A DNA stretch of 64,000 nucleotides from Hydrolagus colliei (taxonomy: Eukaryota): NCBI GenBank assembly GCA_035084275.1, contig CM068749.1, positions 14,694,001 through 14,758,000 of the forward strand. The letters are read 5' to 3'. Numbering within the stretch: the first letter of the stretch is position 1; each line of letters opens with the position of its first letter. Of the stretch, positions 1-12,416 are shown in pieces. The notes beneath the pieces are model-generated. The model ran no database searches, was not told where the DNA came from, and saw only the letters and a list, made by a program, of their open reading frames with translations. Position numbers and translations under genes: made by a program.

Positions 1-1519
1 GTTAAGTGTTTCTTATAGTCTCTCTTTCTAGGATGAATGTGTAAAAATATGTTCAAGTGTCCTCCAATGAATTCAAATTGCTTAATGACTGCTGTAAACT
101 TTGTGGTTAAAAATAAAAGAAACTTATCTTCCACTCTGCAGATCTGAAACTATTGGAGAAGAGTCTTTAAACAGAGTTTATATTTTTTTTCTGCAAATTT
201 AAACCAACTATTTTTATCATGGATCTTTACAGAAAGATCTTTTGGGGGTTAGGGTTGAGAACACAGCAAGAAAACCAACCTCATTGTCGTCATACACTAT
301 GTAATGGGTTAGAAATAATTTTCTACATTTAATGCTGCAGAAATATAAAGCCTTCAGAAAGTTAATTTCAAATCTACATTGAAATATCTATTGAACAGGA
401 GGACATCACAGCGGATGACACTTATGGTATCCAACCTCCATTGATTTTTTAAAAAAAAGCAACAAGAGTGATTATTCTGCTCCGTGTGTTCCATGCAGAA
501 AACTTGCTGATGTGGGTTAAGTGCTATTGTGCTTGGTTTGGTAAATTCAGTGAATTAATCCCCACACTCTTATAAAACACATGCAATCTAACCATTGACA
601 GCTTTCCTGAATTTACTTTGGATAACTTTTTTTTTGGAGGAGTCCTTCACAAAAGTGCATTGATTGAAACTCTAAAAACAGACCAGTAAAAGATACGAGA
701 AAATGTCTGTAGGAAACTGAACTTTAGGTTCAGTCTCCCTGCAAGTCAAACAGAATCAAAACTATTCAAATGAATTCTGTTGCACAATTGGAGAGTGTGT
801 CTGAAAACGGGCAGGTCAGGTGGCCAGATATCCAGAGAGGAATATTGGATATGATCAACACACACTATTATTTCCAGATATCCTCCCCCAATAAACATAG
901 CTATTTCTCAGACTACTGTGTTCCTGAATTTTATAGGCAGAAACTTTCTTGCGGGCTAATATTTTTGTCACAAGAGCATGCTATGCCACTTCCGTTTTCG
1001 TATTTCAAGTTTTAAGATGTCATGTATAGTTTTGAACTCAAAATGAACTCAAACAAAGATAGGACGTTTGCATTTTCAGATCCATATTTGAAACTTAACA
1101 GTAACACTGAGCAGACATTAGGCCTGGAAGAAAAAGGATCAACATCAACCAATTTAAACCTAATAACCATCAATCCCAAGAAGAATTAAATCTTTGCCTA
1201 ATCCAGGCTCAGTAATCGACAATATAGCTGTGATTAAACCAAATGTAAGATGCTGAAAAGGAAAATTGGCCCCTGTATATAATTTTAATTCAGATATTTG
1301 GAAATAAAACTTGATTGGTTAAATATAGACCATCCAGAAAGAGACTCAGCTCAATGCTGCATCCTAAGTATTCATTTTATTTTGCTTTTGTGAAAACTCC
1401 CATCAATTTCAGTAAATAAAAAAAATTGGAAAACAGATCTGACAGTATTGAGCTCAGCTGTGCTAAATGCAAGAAAAAACATGAACACAATTTAACTACT
1501 TTTAAATTCTGACCTGAAT

Positions 1520-1705
1520 TTTATTTATCAGTCCACGACTGTTTGTGTGAAACTGCTGTGTGCAATCGGCTGCCACATTTTACCCACAAAACACACAGTC
1601 ACTACACTTTACAGTACACTTTACTATGAAGTGATTTGAAATACGAAGATGTGTCAAGGCTCTATAATCAAATGTAAGGATTATTATTATTATATTATTA
1701 TTATT
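1520..1705 (+). mobile_element. 5'-truncated copy of the young Deu-domain SINE
   Basis: CTGCTGTGTGCAATCGGCTGCC Deu core and ...CAAATGTAAGGA(TTA)n tail; similar to the full copies at 30811 and 52006. Confidence 0.8.
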
Positions 1706-1849
1706 GGCATTATTTATCCACTATCACTCAAGGAGACAAATAGCTCAAATGGGTTAAATAACTTGACATAGCACTGCAAGAAGCGTGAAGGTGGCCTCTG
1801 AATGGCCTTTGGATATAACAACCACCATTTGCAGTTTAATTAAAACTAT

Positions 1850-2163
1850 TCATGATTAAAGTGATGGTCCTGTACCATAGTGCAGGCAGCAGTGCTATCC
1901 ATTAGATTATATGATAAAAATCAAGGTCCTGTTCACATCATGTACCCTACAACACCATTTAAAAAGAGAAGGATGTATTGGCCCTAAATCCCCCAGCTGA
2001 AAGGCAAGTCATTCACTTTATTGCTGTTTGTTGGGTCACAGCTGTCACAAATTGGCTGCCATAATCACCTATAAATAGTCAACGCACATAACAGAAATAC
2101 CTTGAAGCACCTGAGACATTTCAACAATGTGATAAGGCTCTGTATCAAATAAAATATTATTAT
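1850..2163 (+). mobile_element. Old Deu-domain SINE remnant (SacSINE1/AmnSINE1-like)
   Basis: ATTGCTGTTTGTTGGG...GCTGTCACAAATTGGCTGCC Deu core and degenerate tail. Confidence 0.6.
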
Positions 2164-2894
2164 GATTTTCTAAGCCCCTGGAATACTAAATCATTCAGAA
2201 AATCTGCCTTACATAAAAATATGATAGCCTGAAAACTGATCACAGTTAAGGATAAAGTGTGGAGGAAAATGCCTCTGGCAATTTCGGAAGGCTTTCTTAC
2301 TAAGATCCATAGAGACTACCATGGGATTCCTAACAAAGCCTCATCCCCACTCAGAGGAGTTCAAAAAGCATCTTATTTACATAAATTCAATCAGCATTTT
2401 AGCTTCCCCGTCACATTAGGTAACAGGGTGTCTGAACAAATTGTGGATATCAACCACACTTGGCAGACATTTCACTAATCCCACTGAACACATCACCGCA
2501 ATAACAAAGCTTTGCTCTACCAAGAGTTTTTTTTGGACGATGCATAGTTTGCTGAAGCTCCAAAGACAGCTCTGGACAACGAGGAGGCTGCAGGGTGATT
2601 TTAAGAATGATTTTCTCTTAATATAACAGCAATACACTGATTCACAACTGTTCAGAGAATTAAATAATTGTCCTGACCATGTTATCTAATTTGCGCTGCT
2701 GGAGGGATTACAATTCATTTGATTGACTGTTGGTTCGATATTTCTAACACTGGTGACCCCAGCACGGTTCACAATAAAAGATGGACTCAGAACATTTGTA
2801 GGGTAACAAAGAGAAGGAAAATCAGATGCACCTTAAATTATTTTAATTATAATTTACAGTTTAATTATTTTAGGTTTAAAATGATTTATAGTGT

Positions 2895-2992
2895 TTTCAC
2901 ATCAGGAAGATATTCCAAAGCATAGGATGTTCTGTAAACAACAAAATTACATTTGTATAATGCCTTTCATGTCAGGAGGATATTCCAAGGCC
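2895..2992 (-). mobile_element. L2 LINE 3'-terminal fragment(s)
   Basis: (CAA)n-AATTACATTTGTATAATGCCTTTCATGTCAGGAGGATATTCCAAGG matches the L2 tail at 39371; a partial second copy lies at 2895-2920. Confidence 0.7.
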
Positions 2993-4408
2993 CGAATAGT
3001 GTCCCAAGGTTCTGTAAAGTGTAGTGATTGGACTTTGAGGGAAAATGCATGGCAGTAATAACTCATCAACCTTGCCTACACTTTACAGTTAAATAGAAAT
3101 AGTGAAACTATGATGTTTTATCCTGCTAATCCTCATCCCTTCAGGGTCATTTGGTTTAAATGTCAGCATTTAACTTGGCCCTCTTGACAATAGTCTAGCC
3201 TAGTATTTTGCCATCACAGCTATTGGGATCGCTCAAATTTACTTTTAAAAGTCAGATCATGATTTCACAATAGGTCAGGTGTTAAAGTAATTTTCCAAAC
3301 AGCTCATCTGAAACCACAGACATTTTCATTTCTAACAATTTAATGTTATTCAATTCCTTGAAATAATAATTCACAATAAATTACGTTTATCTGGGAAAGC
3401 AATGAAGCAAAGTATATTCCATGGTTCCATGGCATTTTCATAGAATTAAAAATTTACTTTTACTTTCAGTGCATTAAAGATGTGAATGTCCTTTACTAAT
3501 TAGAATTAATTGTGCAACTGGCTGAAAAGATAAATGTTTGATTAAAACTCGAGAGGTTATTTTAATATCAAAGCTGCAAGCTGGCAAGTCTCAATTATAA
3601 ATGAGACCTGAAACAAAGATGAAATTACCCTATGGAAAAGGTTCAATGATGGGTCAGTCAATGTATGTTTCCTTTATATATCTAATTCTATGCTGGCAAC
3701 CCATAGCTGCCAATCATTGGAGAGAGCAGAATGGGCAGAATATTATCACTCCTCAATGCTAAGAACAATCAAAACTTCTGAAATACATGGAATATGAAAA
3801 ATACTACTGGGATGAATTCAATAATCCCCAAGGCACTGCTGAAAACTATGCCCTGGTCGGTCCATTAAAAAAAATTAATGTCTAAAAGAATATATCAAAG
3901 TACTTATAAGGAAAAAAAAATTGCTCCTTCCTCATGATGGAAATACCCTTGTTTTTTTCAAGCACTGTTCACAGTGTCTGTAGCCCATGGCAAGAACTGC
4001 CCATCAATCAGAAAAACACGTTGTACTGAATTAGAAGTTTTACTTTGATGATCTAAACAGGAAATAGAAAAGTTTGAATCAAAACTTAGATATTTTCCAA
4101 GCAGCAAATATTGTGTCCAAATTTCTGACAGCTTATATAGTGTTGGAGATGTTTTTGTCCCCAAAATCTGGTTGGTTTAGTCCCTCAGTCTGTTCTGGTC
4201 AATCCTCTAGTTGGCTCTACCTGAAATTATTGCTCTATAATCCCAGATCATTTACTTTATGCCAGAGCCTGCAAAGGGTCTCTTCAATGATACGCTGACT
4301 TTCCTGTAACACTCCAACCATGTGCACAACTGAAAATCAACAGCAAATAAATGTATGCTGCAGAATGGTTGCAACCCTTAACCAACAAACAGCCTTGAAA
4401 AGCATAAA

Positions 4409-4615
4409 CAAAACACAAAATACTGCAGATGCTGGAAATCTGGGAAAACTCAGCAGGTCAGGCAGCATCCATGGAGAAAGGAAAGTGAGTCAACGTTTCG
4501 GGTTCTTGACCCTATGTCAGACGAAGGGTGGTGGACCCGAAATGTTGATTCGCTTTCCTTTCTCCATGGTTGCTGACTGACCTGCTGAGTTTTCCCAGCT
4601 CTCTGTTTTTATTTC
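4409..4615. mobile_element. Palindromic element, probably inverted termini of a Penelope-like retroelement, with hammerhead-like cores
   Basis: Arms 4440-4518 and 4520-4598 are near-perfect reverse complements (CTGGGAAAACTCAGCAGGTCAG...CTGACCTGCTGAGTTTTCCCAG). The centre has GACGAAGGGT-GGTGG-ACCCGAAA on + and CTGACATAGGGT-CAAGA-ACCCGAAACGTT on -. Confidence 0.7.
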
Positions 4616-6348
4616 TTGAAAAATATAGTTGTGCTGAACGATAACCAGCCAGTTGGCAACCCCATCTCCCAACCTTCTTCCATTTACAAATAATATCGAA
4701 CCGTCTTGCAGTAGTGTTGGGATATGAAGAACTGCCTGCAATAATAGCCCTATCTTTTGAAACTGAAGAGCAATAAGTCATTTTAAAACAATTGGCATCT
4801 CTCTTCAAGTGAGTTAATATATCTGTCATTGGTGAAGATTAGTAAGGTAGTTATGAACCTTTGCCTACCAAAAACAAAATTTGTGCAGAAGAGAGAAGTT
4901 ATGACATTCTCCCTCCCTTTTAAATCATCAATAATACCATGCATCGGTCTCACACGTACGTGAGATTTGTGAGTCATATTTTAAATTTTATATGGAAACA
5001 GCTCTTTATAAGAGTCATAATTTCACATGACATGTTAATATCAAGTAAACCATTTGGAGATAATTAGTAACAAGACATATATGTTCTCTCTGACAAAAAC
5101 AAATTTTGTTTTCTTACTGGAACTGCTCCGCAACTTGTCAGCCTGCTTGAAATTCAATCACTCTTTATGATATAAAGCAACAGTGACATTTGTACAAAGT
5201 CCCCAGATCATTTACCTTATTTAATAGCTTTGGCTGTAGTTTAAAACATTAGATCACTCTTACGTAGCGACACATTAAAAGAGCATATTCCAAGTCATCC
5301 AATGGTTTAACCTCATCTAGCTGAGCTTGAAGGATTGATCAAAAGCTGCTCAATTATGTGATTGTGCTTATAAAGTGGAGGATGTAGATTTGATTCTCTC
5401 TTCTCCCAATTCTGATGAGCGGTTGATTTGTGACTCCGCCACTATATAGTGACTCATCATGAAAAACAGAGAGAAAATAAGCAACCAGAAACCATTTAAC
5501 ATGACTGGACAAAATGGCTGGGGCATTTGTAAAAGAAAAAAAGCAGCCAACTTATTTGTTTTTCTACGCAAAAGTTTGGTCAAACAAGATCTGCAAACAG
5601 AGAACGAAGTGACTTTTCATAAACATAAATAGTTGTAGTTTTTTTAAAAAAAACATTTATTTGATGGTCATCCCAAGTATTCACAGCTGGAGAAACAATT
5701 ATTCTTATTTACTCTCAGCCTTTTGCTAGATTTCACCACTTCTGGTAAAAATGCAAGTATTTTACAAGAGTTAATTCTGCATCTGAATATCTGAAGTGCA
5801 GTAATTTGCAGATAAATTGGCATTAAAATGAAAGTCCTCCTTTTGATGACCGTAAAAGGTCTGAGAAATGCAAATTAAACATATGATATCTGGGGATAAT
5901 TGTGTGATTGCAATGGATCAGCATTTTGAAAGCTTTGAAGTCCAGCAGTGTCAGTAGGACTAAGGTGGTTCAATTTGACTACCAAGTGACTATCTGCTCC
6001 CTCTCTCTAGATGGACCAATTTCTCCAACTCTTGACCAAGCCACTAGATGGAGCACTGTGCAAGAGCAGAGTATTTTGACTGATACAAAGCTAACAGGTC
6101 TCAACTGACCCCAAAGGATGGGGAACCACATTTTTCAAGTCAAGAAGCGGATGGACAACTGGAGTTATTGTACATCATTGGAACAAATATAAGATTCAAA
6201 TTCATGTTAACAATGATTTGTGTTTAGAACAATGTATGAATTTTTTACCATGTGAAATCGTCAGTCTCCATGAGGAGATTTTTTACATCATGTAATACAC
6301 TGTGCTGTGAATTCAATCAGTCTGTCTACCCGCAAACTCATTTAGTCA

Positions 6349-6520
6349 GTGTGTGGAGCCGAGGTGAAGCTGAGGACCCGAGTTTGCGGAGCCAAGGCGG
6401 AGCCGAGGACCCGAGTGTGTGGAACCGAGTATGAAGGGGGTGGGGGGGGGCGAGAGGGCGGGCACAACGAAAACGTTGCTGAATCAGGGGGGCGCCGCTT
6501 TCAAAGTTTGGAAGCCTCTG
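6349..6520. mobile_element. GC-rich hAT-like DNA transposon fragment with a 33-bp minisatellite
   Basis: About 2.5 copies of a 33-bp unit (6349-6381, 6382-6414, 6415-6429). The right end AAAGTTTGGAAGCCTCTG resembles hAT/Charlie TIRs (CAGNGGTTCCCAAACTT). No left TIR found. Confidence 0.5.
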
Positions 6521-8929
6521 GTTTAGGCTTAGGCTAAGAGCTCAAGGTACCTGTTAACAAATAAGTTCTTTAGACACACATTGCCACAAAGGGCTTCTCA
6601 TGAAAACAAAATGATGGTACATCATGAAGTGGAATATTTTATCCAATTTGCATTACTCCCCTTCTTAACAGAGTTTATGCCAATCTATCAACATTTGGTA
6701 TGGATTTAGAGAAATTATTTCATTGATTTAGTTACAGCAATGCTTAAACCATTCACTTGCAATGACAGCTGTCTACTGTGAAGTAGAATCATACCATCAT
6801 GTTTCCCTGAAGTGCAGGTTAACTTGTTAAGGCAAAGAAATAACCATTCCCCTTTTCATAGGAATGACAGACATAAAAGATTTGTTCACAATTTGAAATT
6901 GTTAGCAAAGAAGAAATGAATAACATAGCTATGTAATCGGCATCAATGCTTCACTGGTTTCAAAATAAACTTATTGTGTAATTTTCTGAGAGTGGAACAT
7001 ACTTATGATGGCTTTGCTATAATATCAGCTATATTATAAATAGGAAAAAATACAAGTTAACAAAGAAATACAAATTTCCCAGAGTCATATTACATTGCAG
7101 CGTAACACGTTTTTAACAATAGCAAAGAATATAACTCTAAACCAGCTTGTAAAATTCATATATTTGTATTAGCTCCAAGAGGCACTTTGCAAAAATGTAC
7201 AACTTTTAATACAGCAGTGCATTAAATTCAAAAAAAATTGTCAGTTTAATTATAAATGGAGGGTCAGTTAGTTCAATTGAACAACGCACAGCCACTGCCA
7301 ATTCAATATAAAGGTGTCTATTGATTATACAAATATCGATTTCTTTTGATAGCCAGAGTGCTAAAACATTGCCATGAGATTGACTAAAGTGAGCAGTGTT
7401 TCTATATTTGGAGGCAATGGTCATCATATTGTACCTTTAACTGTAACCATTACCAGTACTTTGTACCACTTGTAAGTAATTACCCTGCACAACTGATTTA
7501 GCATCAGATTGGATCCAAAAGGTTGATAATCCGATCAAGGCTCACTGGAACTTTTCATTCAAGGTCAATAAAGTATGCGTCACTAGATGTGAAACATATA
7601 GGAATGGCCTACACAGTACTGGCCATGTCACCATGGAAAATTGCCAAATGGCATTACTGGCTCAAATCCAAAGAAACAGAGCTGAACATTGCTTCCATCA
7701 TACAGGTCAGATAGAACACAAGTTATTCCAGGTGAATACTTCATGCATGTAATGATCTGGATAAGAAATGCAGCATTTTGAAATGCTAGAGCGAGTTAAA
7801 TGTTCAAATTGAAGCTTTTCTACTATTTATCAGTTCCCTCACCCAGACTGCACAGCAGCACTTTCAGTGAGGAAAGTTTAATATAGTTTTTTTTCTAAAT
7901 AATGTCACAATTTAAAATGGTCAACAAGTCAATTGACCAATTACTTCAGTAGCCATAAATTCTCTCTTTTTTTAAATGCCTTCATAATATCCTTAAAATG
8001 CCAAAGACTAACAATGCTGACATTTTATTATAAACCATGGCTCACATAAAAAAAACTGCTTGCATGTTTCCGAAGCAGTACCACAGCCTTTGCCAAAATA
8101 TCCATCAATCATCACATAAGCAACGACCTTACATAGGATATTTGCGAATAAAGCTTAGAGAGGCACAGCTCTGAATGCAAGAATTATTATTATTTAACTT
8201 TTAAAAATTGATTTACCCTAATTCTGAACACAATGTAATTTATGTTACGGTACCTTTTGTAAATATAATGTATTACAGGTACTTTAAACAGATGTGTGTA
8301 AGATTCACACATTTTTTGGATGGGTAATGAAATTTTAAGTTACAAAGTACTGTAGTTGTAGTGGCACAGCTTTTACTTCAGCAATACATAAATTCCTAAG
8401 AAAACACTTGTGAGTTTGAAAGTCCATTGACTTTCATTGAAGTGAAAGTCATTGAAGACAAAATAAAGTCACCTCGGGAGTAGAGAACAAAACTCTACTG
8501 CCTCAAGAGGAATGTAAAGGAGAATTTATAAGATCAGCTTATCTTTTAAATTGATTGGCAGATGCGAAGTTGCGTGGGAGAGCGTCTCATGTTTTTAACA
8601 TTGGGTTGGGCTGTATTATCAGAAACATTATTGCTGTGCAATTTGATAACCTGTGAATTAGGTAAATGAAAACTGAAGGATTTTGTAAATCTGATTTTGT
8701 AAATCAATGTACAGGTACAAGAAACTCAGGGATTTCTATTACAAAATATATTTGCATTCTTTTTTGTTTTCAGAGCATTAAAGAAATATATCTGAGTGAT
8801 CTATTATTACAATAAATAACGAGGAAAACCTTCCCCAAGTACAATTGAATCCTCTGACATTTTTCTATCAACTAGTGCACTGTTCTCTTCTACTGTGTTA
8901 CATCTTCACATTAATCATCCAACCCTATC

Positions 8930-9420
8930 CACTTTTATGCTTACGATTCCATTCCATATTCATCAACGTTCTTCAGATCACACACCCGCACATGACCTTC
9001 ACATGCCTCTACGTTCCTCTGTGGTGCATGGGCTGAATCACCAACTTTTCATTTCCCTATGCCTTATGGTAGGCCAATGAGAATTTCACTTATCTCAATT
9101 TTTCAGCTATTTTCTTTACCTCTGTTGCAATTCTCGTCAAAAGTTAACAACACTTGTTGCCTTTGATGATACCCACTCAATTCTTTATTTTCATCTATCT
9201 GCTTTCGTTTTCCCAATATTTACATGGATCTCAAACAGAAAACCTAGATATCTTCTATTGTTGAAGCTACCATCAACATTCTTAGTTTTTTCAAATCCTT
9301 TTCTTTGCTAACCCTTAAATGCAAAATCTATCCAAGACTTGAATACGGTATATATTATCTCCTCATACTTCTCTCTCACAGCTCCAGAGGAATGGTCTGT
9401 TACCCAATACTTAATTCTAT
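8930..9420 (+). mobile_element. Highly decayed L2 ORF2 remnant
   Basis: Pyrimidine-rich; AACAACACTTGTTGCCTTTGATGATACCCACTC parallels the KPTTCSLDxIPT motif of the better-preserved L2 at 21872-22420. Confidence 0.35.
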
Positions 9421-10825
9421 GAACTTGATTTCAAATGTAGATCAGCAAAGGGAAACCAACACTGTACCCGTTACTGAAAATTTCACTGGGGTTTGCCAAT
9501 GATCAGTGAGTTGTGCAGCCAAAATTGGGTGCCATTTGTCAAGACACTAAACCTCTATTCAGAAAGAAAACAATTTGAATGCCTTCACACTTCAGTTTAC
9601 CTTGACCTTTCTCTATGTCTTATTGCAATCAAAATATCAACATTTAATAACTGCTCTAAATTGAAATACTGTATTGCTAAATATTCTGATTAAGAGAAAA
9701 CTTTCAAGGCCCTGACATTCCATTAGTTTCATAGCGATCCACTTTGAATATGGAATTAAAAAACTGTTCTGAGTTGATGTAGTCATTAATAATGCTTACT
9801 CACAATCAATAAAAGGTTACTGCTTTAATATAGTTAATTGACCACATGCTTAGTACAGCTGTAGACTACTCCTTATTGTTCTCTTAGTTTTAGATCAAGA
9901 AAACGAGAGAATAAACTCCGATGGCTCAACATCACTACCTTTTTGACAAATACCACAAGTGAGAGAAATATCCAATTTGTTTCGGCAACATCGGGCCTCA
10001 TTGACTCTGAGAAAAATAGTGTCTGTGTCCTAATATTTTCAAACCCTCCCCAGGCTACTAGAACTTAGTCACAGTTCCATCACCTCAACCCTCAGATGGC
10101 AAAATGTAGACAGGAATGCACTACTTGATTGAAGCATAGATAATGAACGTTTTATTACACCACAAAGGTTTGCGCTAAAGAAATATATCTCCTTTCGTTT
10201 ATGTGCTCCAGCAAGCAATATCGGGAGCTGGGATAAGGAAGAAATGGTTGGTAAGGCAAATTGTGAATGCTCATTTATTCCTTGATCCAGCTAACTTTTT
10301 AGAAAGAAAAGGAGAAACATATTAGAAGTATTCAAATTAGCTAAAATTCCAGGTTGCTACAAATTAACTCAAATTGGACCTGCTTGATTTCTTTGTGTGC
10401 TTGGTAAGTGCACTATTGTACATGAGATCATTGCTGATTGAGTATGAACTGAATTATAACTTTAAGGTACAATGCTAGAATTTTATCTGGTATGAGCACA
10501 CAAAAGCACACTAAAAGGTTGTAAACTATTTGTTTCAGTGAGTGGGAGGAGTCTGTTCAGCAAAGGTGTTTAAAATCTCAGGCTCTTGAGAGTCTAAGTG
10601 GGGAGGTGAAAAATTTAATCATATTATCCATTTTATCTGTCTCGATATAGCTGTATATAGCAAATCTTCCATAGAGAAGTCCTGTAAATCCTTTGGGAGA
10701 TAGATTGAAAAAAAATGAAGGGAAGCAGACAAAGGCAGTATGAGGAATCTGTGGCATTAAAAGAGGACAAGCAGCTGTTTTTTTTTAAAAAGCCAATAAA
10801 AGACAGTATCTCAGCACCTGAATAC

Positions 10826-10990
10826 AATAATATTCCTTGCATTTGATATATCTTTTTATCAGGTCATCAAGGTCTCAAGTGCATCATAGGATACACTGTA
10901 AAGTGCAGAGAATGTGTATTTTGTGGACACAACATGGCAGCCTAACACATACTAACTTCCCATAAACAGCCATGGAGTGACCAATTTTGA
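10826..10990 (-). mobile_element. Deu-SINE 3' fragment
   Basis: TCCTTGCATTTGATATA...ACTGTAAAGTG...GGCAGCC matches the 30811 copy. Confidence 0.7.
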
Positions 10991-11178
10991 AGGTGGTTGT
11001 GTTGTAACATTTAATTTGAGAGAATGTTTTTCTGATAGTTGGTCTAAATTGGGTATGGATTAATTGATTTTATTTAAAGTGTTCCAACTAATAAAACATT
11101 TATGATGCGTAAATTAAAATTTCAGATTTAAAATCATATTCTCTTATTTCATAGTTTTTTTCTCCCATTTACTACTAC

Positions 11179-11275
11179 TAATAATAATCCTTGCATTTGA
11201 TATAGCGCGTTTCACATCTTATCGACGTCTCAAAGCACTTCACCGAATATACTGTAAAGTGAATTGACTGTATTT
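11179..11275 (-). mobile_element. Young Deu-SINE 3' tail
   Basis: TAATAATAATCCTTGCATTTGATATAGCGCG...ATACTGTAAAGTGAATTGACTGTA, nearly identical to 30821-30913. Confidence 0.85.
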
Positions 11276-11787
11276 TTCCCACTAAGCTATTGCATCACTC
11301 TTTCCCTTTAAAAAATGTTTTACCCCACAAATGTTTCCAGTCCTGTCGTCTCAGCACAATGTCATTTTAAATACTCTCTCGAAACCTTAACATTCATCCC
11401 TTGAGACATTGCAATATTGATCCACTTTCTGATAAAAGCCAGATGAGCAAGCTTCACAATGCATGTCCTGATTACTACCTATTTATGCAACTACCATGAA
11501 TTACATTTTAAGCATCCACCATTTACATCAACAATTTGAATCACAGTAGAGAATATATACTCACTAAAATATTTCCCGGTTTTAATGATTTGATGTAAAT
11601 GTCTCCCCAATTGTGAAATTATCTCATCCCATTATTTTATTCTATCTAAGTTTGGATACATTACAGAAATGCATTTGTTTTCCAAAACACTTTGCTTAGT
11701 TGACTGTGGATAGAATGACGAAATAGTGAATGGTTTAAAAATGTGAATTTCAATTTTCCTCGGACTGTAATGCTTACAAGTACAGTA

Positions 11788-12416
11788 CGGGTACCCTGCC
11801 CCAACCGTGGTTTTTTCTACCACGAATTTCACGTGTCCACGGTTGGCTCGCTGCGACAACCTTTGCTAACCACGGTAATGGGTTTTGCGTATCCACGGGT
11901 TTTAACACTAACACTAGCATTTGGCGCTAGGATCCAGTTTCGATATCGCAATCCACCAGCGATGATGTCGCTTCTCCCATCCACCCCCCTCAGTGTCACC
12001 CACCACACCACCTCCACATCCACCCACCTCAGCGTCACCCACCACACCACCTTCTCTACATCCACTCCCCTCGCACTTATCGGTAATTTATGATCTGGAG
12101 GAGGAGGCAGAGGAAGAAGAGTGCGCAGGGCCCCTCTTCCATCTAACAGCACGCAACAACCACCTCCCCCATCATCATCATCATTAGGATTTAGGTAAAT
12201 AGCATGAATTTTTTTGTGTTTAGTTCAAGGACAAGCAAACTTACTCCCTGTATCTCCATGTTTCCCATAGGGCCTTGCATTTTCCAACCACGACAAAGCA
12301 AACTTACTCCCTCTATTCCCATGTTTCCCACAGGGCCCTGTATTTTCCAACCACGGTTTTACTAACTGCGGAGGTTTTCAGGAGCGTATCCCCCGTGGTT
12401 AGGGAGGGGGTATCTG
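11788..12416. mobile_element. Tigger/pogo-type (MER44-like) non-autonomous DNA transposon
   Basis: Flanked by TA at 11786-87 and 12417-18. Imperfect TIRs CGGGTACCCTGCCCCAACCGTGG and CCGTGGTTAGGGAGGGGGTATCTG, with repeated CCACGG/CCGTGG subterminal motifs. CpG-rich; internal ~39-bp and ~63-bp tandem duplications. Confidence 0.75.

Noticed and set aside
4440-4598. Long hairpin as a pre-miRNA gene
   Set aside because: No recognisable miRNA seed or family, and better explained as inverted retroelement termini. Small-RNA production is not excluded.
6349-6429. 33-bp repeats as a possible CRISPR array
   Set aside because: Units are contiguous with no unique spacers, there are no cas genes, and the context is a vertebrate genome.
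11743-12187. Pro/Thr/His-rich overlapping ORFs
   Set aside because: They lie within the Tigger-like MITE and derive from its low-complexity tandem repeats.
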